The notes below the pieces were generated by a model, which searched no databases, was not told the DNA's origin, and was given only the letters and a program-made list of their open reading frames with translations. 64,000 nucleotides of DNA. Source: Candidatus Marinacidobacterium sp. (lineage in GTDB: Bacteria > Acidobacteriota > Vicinamibacteria > Marinacidobacterales > Marinacidobacteraceae). This document shows, piece after piece, positions 29,301 to 38,260 of this stretch. The first letter of the stretch is position 1. Each line of letters opens with the position of its first letter. Location of the stretch: assembly GCA_965204755.1 (NCBI GenBank), contig OZ242011.1, positions 3,392,001 through 3,456,000 of the forward strand. The letters are read 5' to 3'. The position numbers and the translations under genes were made by a program.

Positions 29301-29708
29301 CAGGGGGTCGAGAACGCGGTGCGCGCCGGGTGGCTGACGGTCGCTCCCGAGAGCGGGGGGTGGCCCTGCGAGGCGTCCGGGGCGCCGGCGGTCGTGCTCG
29401 CGCGGCCCTCGGCGCGTCCCGACCGGAAGAAACGCCGGCGGCCGGACGGGGCGCCGTTCGGGCCCTACTCGACCTCGGCCGACGGGCTGCAGGACCTGAC
29501 CGATGCCCTGCCGGAACTGCTTCGGGCGACCGCCGGCACTCCGGTGGAGTTCCGCGTCGCCGTCGTGCTCGGAAGCGGGAAGGAACCCGCCGGCCCGGAG
29601 ATCGTGGAGAAGGTGACCGCGCTGCTCGCGGGCATCCACTCCGACTTCGGCCCGAAGCCGCAGGAAGAACCGCGCTCGCTCCCCGGCGGCGCGGAAGACT
29701 CCGACTGA
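26367..29708 (+). CDS. DUF499-family AAA+ ATPase
   Basis: PWRQVV, YGGGKTH, LIDE, SYPFHP, FQRTRGILR. Confidence 0.9.
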   Translation: MPKTPPWTPWRQVVELRDDVRTGELSLTEFAADLHDVMMQQGARPIYEDPARFFALTYPTLSLRELARDVALRLAGKSTKAIRQLEQPYGGGKTHTLVTLRHLFHDPARLPSLPAVKQFRFEVEGELPGACVAALSFDKLDVQLGMEVLGPTGEKRRLRQPWSVLAFQLAGADGLRALHADGRDEEREPPPAEPLLAALLAKPAERGLGTLVLIDEVLMYAREKAAVSDRDRVRLVDFFQYLTQAAAHVDRCVVVASLLASNPEKSDALGRSVSAEISDIFGRQREEGVQPVQKEDVAEVMRRRFFTPESIADREAFRPQVSGAVKRIAGVHDATAGERRSEEERFLRSYPFHPDLTDIFYSRWTQLERFQRTRGILRVFAIALRDAEAWDDGPLVGPGALLPKPGAGGIAEAARELAEVATLSAGEEGGNAWNTVLEGELDKARQIQEESGRLRFREMEQAVAAVFLSSQPAGQKAHTPELAALAGATGPDRIELEKGLRRWTEVSWFLDDAEYGDRDSTKDLPNAWRLGQRPNLKQMHHEARTNRVAAESVEAAVLEAVRRAKSLTEGAREAGARLHRLPESPQDIADDGEFHFVVLGPKAASDSGKPSAEAKRFVEEKASGADRRCRNAVVVAVPSRDGLKALQDAARDLLAWDAVRKQLQGESLDAAREAMLASESNKARQRVATGVRQAWTVIVGADEGGGVGAFRLPPSADPLFLAVKADRRARIEETAIEPQALLPEGPYDLWREDEESRRVKTLVEAFAEDPALPRMIGRKGIRDTVSAGVREGAFVASLRRPDGSVRTWWRAKLDESAFESAELEVIRPGKAGLTALDAELLAPGVLPDLWEGDSVEVSRVLEYFSGGKQVTVPRDGFEESLDVPKCPREVVEAAVAEAVRAGSVWLRNGPASFQGEEVPAGVLTASASLRRPMSPLPVDRFTEESLPEVWRDGRANLVAVAAAIEAQEGHPAPWAVLRQGVENAVRAGWLTVAPESGGWPCEASGAPAVVLARPSARPDRKKRRRPDGAPFGPYSTSADGLQDLTDALPELLRATAGTPVEFRVAVVLGSGKEPAGPEIVEKVTALLAGIHSDFGPKPQEEPRSLPGGAEDSD

Positions 29709-29742
29709 GCCGCCGGCGCGCCCGCCACCGGGGCCGAGGCGG

Positions 29743-30891
29743 CTACGAGAACAGGCGGTCGAAGAGGGAGGTCTTGGCGTCCTCGGCGGCGGCGCCACGG
29801 CCTCCCGCCGCGCCGTCCCGGCGGCGGAGTTCGCGGTCGAGGGATTCCACCGCCTTCTTCGCTCCGGGGGACAGGTCGGTCGGGACGCGGACGCGCACGC
29901 GGATCAGGTGGTCGCCCCGGGAGCGGCTGCGGAGCACCGGGAAACCCTTCCCGCGCAGGCGGAGCACCCGTCCGGGCTGCGTTCCGGCGGGGACGCGGAG
30001 GGACTGGTCGCCCCAGATGGTGGCGATGCGGGTCTCGGTCCCGAGCGCCGCTTCCGGGAAACTGAGGGAGATCTCGCTCAGCACATCGGCGCCGCGCCGC
30101 TCGAATCCTTCCGCCGGGCGGACGCGCACCTGGACATAGAGGTCTCCCGGCGGGCCGCCCTTGCCGCCGGTTTCGCCTTCGCCGGAGATGCGGAGTTGGT
30201 TGCCGTCTTCGATCCCGGCGGGAAGCCGCACCTTGATCTCGCGTTCGCGGGAGCGGGCGCCGCGGCCCCGGCATTCGGGGCAGGGGTCGGAGATCACCTG
30301 GCCCGACCCCCGGCACGCCGAGCAGGTGCGGCTGATCATCATGAAGCCGCGGGACACGGTTTCCTGGCCGGTGCCGCTGCATCGGCCGCAGGCGAGCGGC
30401 TGCGCCCCGGCCCTCGCGCCGGTCCCGCGGCAGTCGTCGCAGGGTTCGGCGCGGCTGACCAGGATGCGTTTTTCGGTGTTCTCGCGGGGTTCGGCGAAAC
30501 CCAGGGTGACTTCGTACTGGATGTCCCGGCCGCGGGAGGCGCGCGCCCCCCGTCCGCCGGAGCGGCCGCCGAACATTTCGCCGAAGAGGTCGAAGACGCT
30601 GCCGCCGAACAGGTCCTGGAAGTCGGCGAAGACTTCGCTGTTGACCTGCGGCCCGGCGCCGCTGACTCCCGCGTGGCCGAAGCGGTCGTAGCGGGCGCGC
30701 TTCTCCCGGTCGGCGAGGACGCCGTAGGCCTCGGCGGCTTCCTTGAACGACTCCTCGGCGGCCTTGTCGCCGGGGTTCTTGTCCGGATGGTGGCGGAGCG
30801 CCAGTTTCCGGTAGGCGCGCTTGATGTCCTCCGGCGAAGCGTCCCGGCCTACGCCGAGGACCTCGTAGTAGTCGCGCCGGTCGCTCGGCAT
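29743..30891 (-). CDS. dnaJ: Chaperone DnaJ
   Basis: J domain with HPD, G/F region, four CxxCxGxG repeats. Confidence 0.97.
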   Translation of the reverse strand: MPSDRRDYYEVLGVGRDASPEDIKRAYRKLALRHHPDKNPGDKAAEESFKEAAEAYGVLADREKRARYDRFGHAGVSGAGPQVNSEVFADFQDLFGGSVFDLFGEMFGGRSGGRGARASRGRDIQYEVTLGFAEPRENTEKRILVSRAEPCDDCRGTGARAGAQPLACGRCSGTGQETVSRGFMMISRTCSACRGSGQVISDPCPECRGRGARSREREIKVRLPAGIEDGNQLRISGEGETGGKGGPPGDLYVQVRVRPAEGFERRGADVLSEISLSFPEAALGTETRIATIWGDQSLRVPAGTQPGRVLRLRGKGFPVLRSRSRGDHLIRVRVRVPTDLSPGAKKAVESLDRELRRRDGAAGGRGAAAEDAKTSLFDRLFS

Positions 30892-30922
30892 GGTGGTGGG
30901 TGTCCGCTGTGGCCCGGCGGAA

Positions 30923-31780
30923 TCAGTCCGCCGGGTCCCCGGTGGCGGGGGCGGCGTCGCCGGAGGCGCCGCCCGCTTCGGGGGGCGCGTCCCCGTCGGC
31001 CTTCCCCGCTTCCTCCGGCGCCGCCTCTTCGGGCGCCGTTTCTTCGGGGGGCGGGCCGACGGCGACGACCACCGAGGCGGGGCGTATCACCCGTCCGTCG
31101 AGGACATAGCCGCGCCGGAAGACCTCGACCACCTCGTCGTCCTGCTGTCCCGGCGCCGCCGGCATCCGGTGGACGGCCTCGTGCTGGCGGGGGTCGAAGG
31201 GGCGGCCGAGCGCCTCGATCTCGACCAGCCCCTGCCGGGCGAGCGTTTCCTCGAAGCGGCGCAGCACCAGCCGGACGCCGGTGCGAAGCGCTTCGTCCGC
31301 CCGGGCTGCCGGGTCCGGCTCCCCGGCGGTCTCGGCCGGCGCGCCGTCGTCCGCTTGGCGGGCCGCCTCGTCGGCGGCGCGCTTGAGGTCGTCCAGAACC
31401 GGCAGGAAGTGGCCGCAGACCTCCTCGACCAGCCGCGACTTCAGGTTCTGCCGCTCGGTCTCGACGCGCCGCCGCATGTTGGCGAGGTCCGCCTGGAGGC
31501 GGCGCGCCAGGTCCTTGATCTGGCTGTTCGCGTCGTTGAGTTCGTAGATCTGCCGCCGCAACTCCTCGAGGTCCGCCTGTTCGGCGGGCGCGGAGGCGTC
31601 GTCGTCGGGCGCCGGCGCGCCGTCGGCGACGACCTGGTCCGGGTCCTGGGTGAATTCCTCCTCGGCCGGCCCGTTCGCGGCGTCCTCTTCCTCGCTCCCG
31701 GAATCCTCCGCGGTCTCTTCCTCGGACACTTCGTCCGGGGCGGCGGGTTTGGAAGCGGACTCGGGAGGCGCGTCACTCAT
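30923..31780 (-). CDS. grpE: Nucleotide exchange factor GrpE
   Basis: [29 protein letters not shown]...IRPASVVV. Confidence 0.95.
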   Translation of the reverse strand: MSDAPPESASKPAAPDEVSEEETAEDSGSEEEDAANGPAEEEFTQDPDQVVADGAPAPDDDASAPAEQADLEELRRQIYELNDANSQIKDLARRLQADLANMRRRVETERQNLKSRLVEEVCGHFLPVLDDLKRAADEAARQADDGAPAETAGEPDPAARADEALRTGVRLVLRRFEETLARQGLVEIEALGRPFDPRQHEAVHRMPAAPGQQDDEVVEVFRRGYVLDGRVIRPASVVVAVGPPPEETAPEEAAPEEAGKADGDAPPEAGGASGDAAPATGDPAD

Positions 31781-31907
31781 GCGATGGAGAGGGGGAGCGT
31801 GGGGCCGGGTTGGGTTGGGTTCGGGCAGGGCGCCGGGCGACCGGCGGAAACTCGACGGGGCCGGAGGACTCGTTTCCTCGAACGGGCCGCGATCGCGGGA
31901 AAGCCTT

Positions 31908-32711
31908 TCAGATTAGCACGGGGTCGGCGGGTTGCCGCGCCGCGAATTCCTCGCCGCCGAAGACGCGTCGAAACGCCGCGATCAGCGCTTCGGCCACCGC
32001 CTCCGGGGCCGGGGCCGGCCGGACCAGGTCGGCGAGTCCGACCGCCGGGAGCGGTTCGTCCTCCGGCAGCCCGGCGAGTGAGTTGGTCAGCGCCCGATCG
32101 ATCTTCCAGGGGATCGAGCCGTGCTGCAGGAACGCCCCTCGCCGCCACCGCTGCGCTCCGGTGACCAGTTTCCTTCCGCCGGCGCCGAGTTCGTGTCCGG
32201 TGGCCACCGCCTGGCAGGGTCTCCGCAGGTCGCCGCCGCCAGCGGGTTCGACGGGCGACGGCGGGTCGAGCCGGACGAAGCCGGCGAGGCCATCCCGCAG
32301 CGCGGCCATCACCAGCGCATAGGCGGCGCGCACCCGGGGCGGGCGGTCTCCCGCCGAGGACCCGGCGGCCGGCCCGGCGCGCGGAAGGTGGTTCCGGTGG
32401 GCGGCGAAGGCGTAGGTGAGTTCGTCGGGGAGATGGAGGAGGGCCCGGCCGCCGCTGGGTCGGCGCGCCCACCGGATGCCCCGGTCGGCGAGCGCCTGCG
32501 GGTCGCAGACCGGTTCCGGGCGCCGGGAGTGCCCGACGGTGAGGGTCGGTTCCGTCCAGCGGTAGAGCCGCAGGGTCGGCGGCGCGCCGGCGGCCGCGTC
32601 GGCCAGCATCGCCGCGTCGCGCCGCATGTTCGTCCGCCCGTCGGCGGGCGTCCGGTCGAACACCGCCCGGAACGCCGCCGCGTCCGGGACGGCGGCCCCG
32701 CTCCGGCTCAA
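31908..32711 (-). CDS. Lipoate-protein ligase A / octanoyltransferase family protein
   Basis: PTLRLYRW, RRPSGGRALLH, GRKLVTGAQ, LQHGSI. Confidence 0.85.
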   Translation of the reverse strand: MSRSGAAVPDAAAFRAVFDRTPADGRTNMRRDAAMLADAAAGAPPTLRLYRWTEPTLTVGHSRRPEPVCDPQALADRGIRWARRPSGGRALLHLPDELTYAFAAHRNHLPRAGPAAGSSAGDRPPRVRAAYALVMAALRDGLAGFVRLDPPSPVEPAGGGDLRRPCQAVATGHELGAGGRKLVTGAQRWRRGAFLQHGSIPWKIDRALTNSLAGLPEDEPLPAVGLADLVRPAPAPEAVAEALIAAFRRVFGGEEFAARQPADPVLI

Positions 32712-32789
32712 GCGGCCGTCAACCCGGCGTTGCGACCCGGTGGCCGGCCCCGGCTTCCGGCCCGCCGGCGCGGGCGATCCCGGAGTCGC

Positions 32790-33905
32790 TCAGGCGAGCA
32801 GGGTCTCGATGGGTTGGTACTCGCGCTCCTGCGACTCCGCCACCGCCCGGCAGGTCAGGCGGCCGGCGTAGGTGTTGAACCCGTTCCGCAGGTGCGGGTC
32901 GCGGCGGGCGGCTTCCTCCGGGCCGAGGTCGGCGATGGCGGCCGCGTAGTCGAGGGTGGCGTTCGTCAGCGCGTAGGTGGAGGTGCGCGGCATGGCGCCG
33001 GGCATGTTGGCCACGCAGTAGTGGACGACCCCGTCCACCACATAGGTGGGCTTGCTGTGGGTGGTGGGGCGGGTGGTCTCCGCGCAGCCGCCCTGGTCCA
33101 CCGCCACATCCACCAGCACCGAGCCCTCCCGCATCGCGCCGATCATCTCCCGGGTGATGACCTTCGGCGCCGCCGAGCCGGGGACGAGCACCGCCCCGAT
33201 GACCAGGTCGGACTCCGCCAGCGTCTCCGCCAGCGTCACCGCGTTGGACTTCAGGGTGGCCGCGCGGTTCCCGAAGATGTCGTCGAGCGCCCGCATCCGG
33301 GCGGCGCTCTTCTCCAGGATCGTGACTTCGGAGCCGAGCCCGACCGCCATCTTGGCGGCGTTCAGCCCGACGACGCCGCCGCCCACGACCGCCGTGCGGC
33401 CGCGCGGCACGCCCGGCACGCCGCCGAGCAGGATCCCGGAGCCGCCGCAGGTGCGATGCAGGTGGTGGGCGCCTTCCTGGATGGCCATCCGCCCGGCCAC
33501 TTCGCTCATCGGGGTGAGCAGCGGCAGGCTGCCGTCGTCCGAGGTGATCGTCTCGTAGGCGATCCCGGTGACGCCGCGTTCGAGCAGCCCGTCGGTGAGG
33601 TCGCGCAGCGGGGCGAGGTGGAGGTAGGTGTAGAGGATCTGGCCTTCGCGCAGGAGTTCCACCTCCTCGGCCAGCGTTTCCTTCACCTTCACCACCAGGT
33701 CCACCGTGGCGAAGACCTCTTCGCGGGTCTCGACGATCCGCGCTCCGGCGGCGGCGAACTCCTCGTCCGGGATCCGGCTGCCGAGCCCGGCGCCGGCCTC
33801 GACCAGCACCTCGTGGCCGCCGGCCACCAGGGTGTCGACCCCGCCCGGGGTCAGCCCCACCCGGTTTTCGTGGTCCTTGATTTCGCGGACGGTCCCGATC
33901 TTCAT
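32790..33905 (-). CDS. ald: Alanine dehydrogenase
   Basis: [42 protein letters not shown]. Confidence 0.97.
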   Translation of the reverse strand: MKIGTVREIKDHENRVGLTPGGVDTLVAGGHEVLVEAGAGLGSRIPDEEFAAAGARIVETREEVFATVDLVVKVKETLAEEVELLREGQILYTYLHLAPLRDLTDGLLERGVTGIAYETITSDDGSLPLLTPMSEVAGRMAIQEGAHHLHRTCGGSGILLGGVPGVPRGRTAVVGGGVVGLNAAKMAVGLGSEVTILEKSAARMRALDDIFGNRAATLKSNAVTLAETLAESDLVIGAVLVPGSAAPKVITREMIGAMREGSVLVDVAVDQGGCAETTRPTTHSKPTYVVDGVVHYCVANMPGAMPRTSTYALTNATLDYAAAIADLGPEEAARRDPHLRNGFNTYAGRLTCRAVAESQEREYQPIETLLA

Positions 33906-33936
33906 CCGCCGCCCACCCCCGAGGACTTGCCGGGAC

Positions 33937-34437
33937 TCAGCGGGCGGCGGACTTCGGGGCCGGAGGGGAAGCGGCGGGCCGTCCGGGCTTCCCGGCGGAA
34001 CCTCCCGCGCCGCCGGCGGCCGGGGCCGCTCCGGCGGAGCGGCCGCCCGGCTGGCGCCGGATCTGGCCGCGGAACTCCGCGCCGGCCGAGACCTTCACCG
34101 CCGGCGCCCGGATGTTCCCTTCGAGCGACGCGGTTTCGCCGAGTTCCACCAGGCCCCCGGCGCTGATGTCGCCCTCGACGCGGCCGTGGACGGCCATCTG
34201 GCCGGCCTCGACCCCGGCTTCGACCTTGCCCCCCTGATGGACGACGACCGCGCTTCCGGCGGCGATGGTTCCGTCGAAGGAGCCGCGGACGAAGAGGTCC
34301 TCGTCGGTGTCGATCCGGCCGCTCACCCGGGTTCGCTCGCCGATCAGGGTGACTCGGGCGGGTCCGCCGCCGCGGTCCTCCGCCGTTGCCGGCTCGGGAG
34401 ATTCCTCGGCCTCAGCCGGGCGTCGAAACAGGGGCAT
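33937..34437 (-). CDS. Bactofilin (polymer-forming cytoskeletal protein)
   Basis: [13 protein letters not shown]...VRGSFDGTI...VHGRVEGDI...LEGNI beta-helix repeats; ATG 34437. Confidence 0.85.
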   Translation of the reverse strand: MPLFRRPAEAEESPEPATAEDRGGGPARVTLIGERTRVSGRIDTDEDLFVRGSFDGTIAAGSAVVVHQGGKVEAGVEAGQMAVHGRVEGDISAGGLVELGETASLEGNIRAPAVKVSAGAEFRGQIRRQPGGRSAGAAPAAGGAGGSAGKPGRPAASPPAPKSAAR

Positions 34438-34458
34438 CGGGTTCTCCGGGGAAGAGTC

Positions 34459-34534
34459 TGGAGCGGGCGACGGGGCTCGAACCCGCGACACCGAGCTTGG
34501 GAAGCTCGTACTCTGCCAACTGAGATACGCCCGC
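34459..34534 (-). tRNA. tRNA-Gly(CCC)
   Basis: GCGGGCG/CGCCCGC acceptor stem, CGAGC-TTCCCAA-GCTCG anticodon arm, GGTTCGAGCCC T arm, encoded CCA; TAGAAT upstream (34547-34552). Confidence 0.97.
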
Positions 34535-34549
34535 CCGGAACGGGGGATT

Positions 34550-35953
34550 CTAGTCCCGCGCCGGCTCCGCCCCGCCGCCGGAAGACGCCGTGACCAGGGC
34601 GATGATCTCGTCCCGCCGGCTCTCGGCAAGCCCCTCGCGGTAGGCCTCGACGGTGAGGCGGAGGACCGGCTCGGTGTTCGACGGGCGGAGGGTGAAGCGC
34701 CAGTCCGGGAAGTCGAGGGTGAGGCCGTCTTCGGTGTTGGCGCGGCCGCCGGGGAAGGCCTCGCGGGCGCGGGCGAGCGCCGCCGCCGGGTCGGAGGCGG
34801 CGAGGCTCACCTCGTCGAGGGCGAAGTAGCGGCGCCGCAGGTCGTCGGCGAGGTCGGCGAGCGATCTGCCGGCGCTCCCGACCCGCTCGATCAACCGCAG
34901 GATCGGGAGGAGGGCGTTGTCCGCGTAGCCGGCGGCCCGGAAGTAGAAGTGGCCGCTGAGTTCGCCGCCGAACCGGGCGTCGGCCGCGCGCATCGTCCGC
35001 TTCATGTAGGCGTGGCCCACCCGGCCGGGGGCGCCCTTTCCGCCGGCGGCGCGGATCGCGTCCTCGACCGCGCGGGAGGAGCGGTAGTCGTAGGCCACCG
35101 CCGCGCCCGGTTCGGCGGCGATCTCCTGCGGGGCGAGCAGCGCGGTGGCGAAGTCGCCGGGCACGAACCCGCCCCGGCCGTCCACGAAGGCGCAGCGGTC
35201 GGCGTCCCCGTCCCAGAGGACGCCGAAGTCGGCCCGTTCCTCCCGCACGCGGGCGGCGAGGCCGGCGCGGTTCGCCGGGGCCAGCGGGTTCCCGCCCCGG
35301 TTGGGGAAGGAGCCGTCCGGCTCGAAGTCCATCGGGACGAACTCGCCGGGGATCCGGGCGAAGAGGCCGCGGGCCGCCAGTCCGCCCATGCCGTTCCCGG
35401 CGTCCAGCACCACCCGCAGCGGAGGCAGCGAGCGGCCTTCCACTTCGCCGACGAGGAAGTCCAGGTAGTCCTCGCGGAGATCCCGCGCCGGATGGCGGTC
35501 GGGGTCGGTCGGCAGGGGCTCGTCCGGCGGCGGGGGAGGGTGGGCGGCGGTCCGCCGGGCGACTTCGGGGAGGCGGTTCTCCGCGAACACCGGGGCGGCG
35601 TCGCGCTCGACCAGTTTGATCCCGTTGTCGCCCGGCGGGTTGTGCGAGGCGGTGACCACCGCGCCGCCGTCGAGCCGGTCCCGGCGGACGGCGAACCACA
35701 TGGCGTCGGTGGCGAGCAGGCCGTAGTGGACGAGTTCCGCCCCGCTCCGGGTCAGTCCTTCGGCGAAGGCGGCGGCGAGGGCGGGGCTGGTGCGCCGCAT
35801 GTCGCGGGCGAGCCCGATGCGGCCGCTCCCTACGGTCTCGGCGAAGGCGCGGCCCACCCGGTAGGCCAGTTCCGGCCCGAGCGGTTCCGGGGAGCGCCCC
35901 CGGATGTCGTACGCCTTGAAGAGCGCCGCTTCGGCGGCGGTCAGTCCTGCCAC
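34550..35953 (-). CDS. Phosphomannomutase/phosphoglucomutase
   Basis: FKAYDIRG, VTASHNP, DGDADR, GELSGHFYF, RPSNTEP; start approximate. Confidence 0.92.
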   Translation of the reverse strand: MAGLTAAEAALFKAYDIRGRSPEPLGPELAYRVGRAFAETVGSGRIGLARDMRRTSPALAAAFAEGLTRSGAELVHYGLLATDAMWFAVRRDRLDGGAVVTASHNPPGDNGIKLVERDAAPVFAENRLPEVARRTAAHPPPPPDEPLPTDPDRHPARDLREDYLDFLVGEVEGRSLPPLRVVLDAGNGMGGLAARGLFARIPGEFVPMDFEPDGSFPNRGGNPLAPANRAGLAARVREERADFGVLWDGDADRCAFVDGRGGFVPGDFATALLAPQEIAAEPGAAVAYDYRSSRAVEDAIRAAGGKGAPGRVGHAYMKRTMRAADARFGGELSGHFYFRAAGYADNALLPILRLIERVGSAGRSLADLADDLRRRYFALDEVSLAASDPAAALARAREAFPGGRANTEDGLTLDFPDWRFTLRPSNTEPVLRLTVEAYREGLAESRRDEIIALVTASSGGGAEPARD

Positions 35954-37017
35954 GGCAGCCGGCTGAACCCGGCGACGGTGCTCTTGTCGCCGAGCAGCGC
36001 GTCCTCGACCTGCGCCGCCGGGCCGACGAAGCCGGAGAGCCCGATGATGGAGCGCGACACGCGGGCGGTCTCGCTGACCCGGACATCGGCCCAGAGCACC
36101 GAGTGCTCGACCTGCGCGTTCGCCTCCACCCGGACCCGGCGCCCGAGGACGGCGTACGGGCCGATGCGGGCGCCGGCGCGAACCTGCGCGCCCGGGCCGA
36201 TGAACGAGGGGCCGATGAGGTGCGCCTCCGGATCTATGGAGGCGTCCCGGTCCACGATCACCCCGCCGGGGTTGGGCGGGGGAACGCCGGGGACGGAGAT
36301 CCGGCCGTCGAGGGCGTCGCGGTGGGCCTCGAGGTACCGGGTGGGGTCCCCGATGTCCCGGAAGTAGCCGGTGTGGCGGTAGGCGGCCACCGGCTTCCCG
36401 GAGGCGATCGCCCGCGGGAAGACCTCGGTCTCCAGCGAGACCGGCTGCCCTTCGGGGATCAGGTCGAGGACTTCCGGCGTCATCGCATAGACCCCGGCGT
36501 TGATGTCCCCCGGGCCGGGCTCGTCGGACTTTTCCGCGAAGCCGACCACCCGCGGGGGCGCCGCGGGGTCGCTGCCGGGCTCGGTCGCCACCCGGCCGTA
36601 GGCGGAGGCGTCCTCGACTTCGGTGAGCGAGAGCGTGAGCATCGCCCCGGCGGCCTCGTGCGCGGCGATGAGTTCGCGGGCCGGGAGGTCGGTCAGCACA
36701 TCGCCGTTGAGGCAGAGGAAGGGTTCCGTGAGTTGGTGGCGGATGTTGCCGAGCGCGCCGCCGGTGCCCAGCGGACGCCGCTCCGGGGCGTAGGTGAGCG
36801 AGACCCCGTAGTCGCTGCCGTCCCCGAGGCTGCGCGCGACGCGTTGGGTGACCGAGGCGATGCAGAGCACCGCCTCGGCGATTCCGGCCCGGCGGAGCAG
36901 GTCGAGTTGGGTGGCGAGGAACGGCCGCGCCAGCAGCGGGACGACGGCCTTCGAGCGCCGCGCCGTCAGCGGCCGCAGGCGGATCCCCTTGCCGCCCATC
37001 AGGATCACCGCTTTCAT
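35941..37017 (-). CDS. NDP-sugar synthase (mannose-1-phosphate guanylyltransferase-like)
   Basis: GGKGIRLRPLT, LGTGGA, NGDV, INAGVY; C-terminal hexapeptide repeats. Confidence 0.9.
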   Translation of the reverse strand: MKAVILMGGKGIRLRPLTARRSKAVVPLLARPFLATQLDLLRRAGIAEAVLCIASVTQRVARSLGDGSDYGVSLTYAPERRPLGTGGALGNIRHQLTEPFLCLNGDVLTDLPARELIAAHEAAGAMLTLSLTEVEDASAYGRVATEPGSDPAAPPRVVGFAEKSDEPGPGDINAGVYAMTPEVLDLIPEGQPVSLETEVFPRAIASGKPVAAYRHTGYFRDIGDPTRYLEAHRDALDGRISVPGVPPPNPGGVIVDRDASIDPEAHLIGPSFIGPGAQVRAGARIGPYAVLGRRVRVEANAQVEHSVLWADVRVSETARVSRSIIGLSGFVGPAAQVEDALLGDKSTVAGFSRLPWQD

Positions 37018-37147
37018 CGCCCGTCGTCCCTCCTCTTCCTTGAATCCCGGCCCGCGCCGAAGGCGGGGGGCCGGTTAGCGTATCCGGCTGATAGCATCCG
37101 GCGCGGCGCGGGTTTCTGGGGCGGGCTGCGGCGGGAAGGTTCCTGAG

Positions 37148-37687
37148 ATGGGCGCGGCGAATCGCATCACCTTGTTGCGGGTGGTTCTCACGCCGCTGAT
37201 CGCGGTGGCGCTGCTCACCCGGTCGCCGGGGTGGCAGCCGTTCGCCATCGGGTTGGTCGCCCTCGCCGGCTTCACCGATCTCCTCGACGGGGTGGTGGCC
37301 CGCCGGCGGAACCAGGTGACCGCCCTCGGCATCCTGCTCGACCCGATCGCGGACAAGTTCTTCATCGCCACCGTCTTCATCTGCCTGGTGGCGGCGGGGC
37401 TGAGCCCGGCTTGGGTGGCGGTGGTGATCGTGGGCCGCGAGTTCGCGGTAACCGCGCTCCGCATGGCGGCGCTGCAGCGGGGGGACAGCGTGCCGGTGAG
37501 CCTGCTGGGCAAGGTGAAGATGCATGCCCAGGTGTACGCCGTGATCCTGGTGCTGGTCGGCGCCTGGTTCGCCGAGGTCCCGATGCTCGCGGACCTCGGC
37601 GGATGGGGCCTCTGGATCGCCGCCGGGATCACGGTCTGGTCCGGCTTCGACTACTTCGCCCGCTCGCGGCGGCTGGTCGCGGAGTGA
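37148..37687 (+). CDS. pgsA: CDP-alcohol phosphatidyltransferase
   Basis: DLLDGVVARR...GILLDPIADK signature. Confidence 0.88.
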   Translation: MGAANRITLLRVVLTPLIAVALLTRSPGWQPFAIGLVALAGFTDLLDGVVARRRNQVTALGILLDPIADKFFIATVFICLVAAGLSPAWVAVVIVGREFAVTALRMAALQRGDSVPVSLLGKVKMHAQVYAVILVLVGAWFAEVPMLADLGGWGLWIAAGITVWSGFDYFARSRRLVAE

Positions 37688-37706
37688 GACGGCGCCGCGC
37701 CCGCGC

Positions 37707-37763
37707 GTTTCGGGCGTCGTTTCGGGCGTCGCCAGGGGCGTCGCTCGGGGCGTCGCTCCGGGC
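37707..37763. repeat. Degenerate 12-bp tandem repeat (about 4.7 copies)
   Basis: GTTTCGGGCGTC x2, GCCAGGGGCGTC, GCTCGGGGCGTC, GCTCCGGGC. Confidence 0.85.
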
Positions 37764-37874
37764 CCCCGGCAGCCGGGACGCCTGAGCCTCCCCCGGAGCG
37801 CGGGCCTGTCCGGCGCGGCCGCTTCGCCCGGGGGCGCCGCCGCCCGTCGCCGGCTGCTTCCGGCGCTGCCGGAG

Positions 37875-38207
37875 GTGTTCCTCGGCGAAGACGCGAAGGC
37901 CGCGCTCGACGGCCGGCGGGGGCTGTTGTTCGGCGAGAAACGCCACGGCCAGGTGGACATCCTCGGTGTCGCGCCGGCGCCGGAGGGGGGCGCGGCGGGC
38001 CCGGACGCCGTCGCGGCGCTGGTCGGGAGCCGTTGGGACCGCGGCGCGGTCGGCGGCTGGCGGATCGTCGGCCTGGCGCTCGGCGAGGCCGAGTTCGCCG
38101 CCGCCGCCGAGGCCCTGCTCGAAGGGCTGGTGGCCGGGGATGTGGTCGCCGCCGGGGAGGCGGGGATCTTCGTCCACCGGGGCGACCGGTTCACCCGCGT
38201 CCGCTGA
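37875..38207 (+). CDS. Hypothetical protein
   Basis: Host-like codon usage; fills the gap between pgsA and bamD; start uncertain. Confidence 0.5.
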   Translation: MFLGEDAKAALDGRRGLLFGEKRHGQVDILGVAPAPEGGAAGPDAVAALVGSRWDRGAVGGWRIVGLALGEAEFAAAAEALLEGLVAGDVVAAGEAGIFVHRGDRFTRVR

Positions 38208-38260
38208 GGCCCGTCCGGCGGGCGCGCCGCGGCCGGGTCGGTCGGCCGGTCAGCCGCTGG

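Larger units (their letters stand above)
15422..29742 (+). mobile_element. Five-gene defence island between dnaJ and rsmE; no integrase seen
   Basis: Interrupts the commonly adjacent dnaJ-rsmE order; opposite strand to both flanks; all genes are defence families; boundaries approximate. Confidence 0.7.

Noticed and set aside
29743-31780. dnaK missing between grpE and dnaJ
   Set aside because: Split chaperone operons are common; dnaK is presumably elsewhere in the genome
31909-31940. Possible CIRCE element upstream of grpE (TTAGCAC)
   Set aside because: Only one half-site matches; better read as an extended -10 (TGcTAATCT) on the minus strand
34459-34534. tRNA-Gly as an integration site
   Set aside because: Flanked by housekeeping genes; no integrase, and I saw no duplicated 3' end in the window
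37707-37763. Repeat cluster as a CRISPR array
   Set aside because: Contiguous 12-bp units with no spacers, and no cas genes in the window
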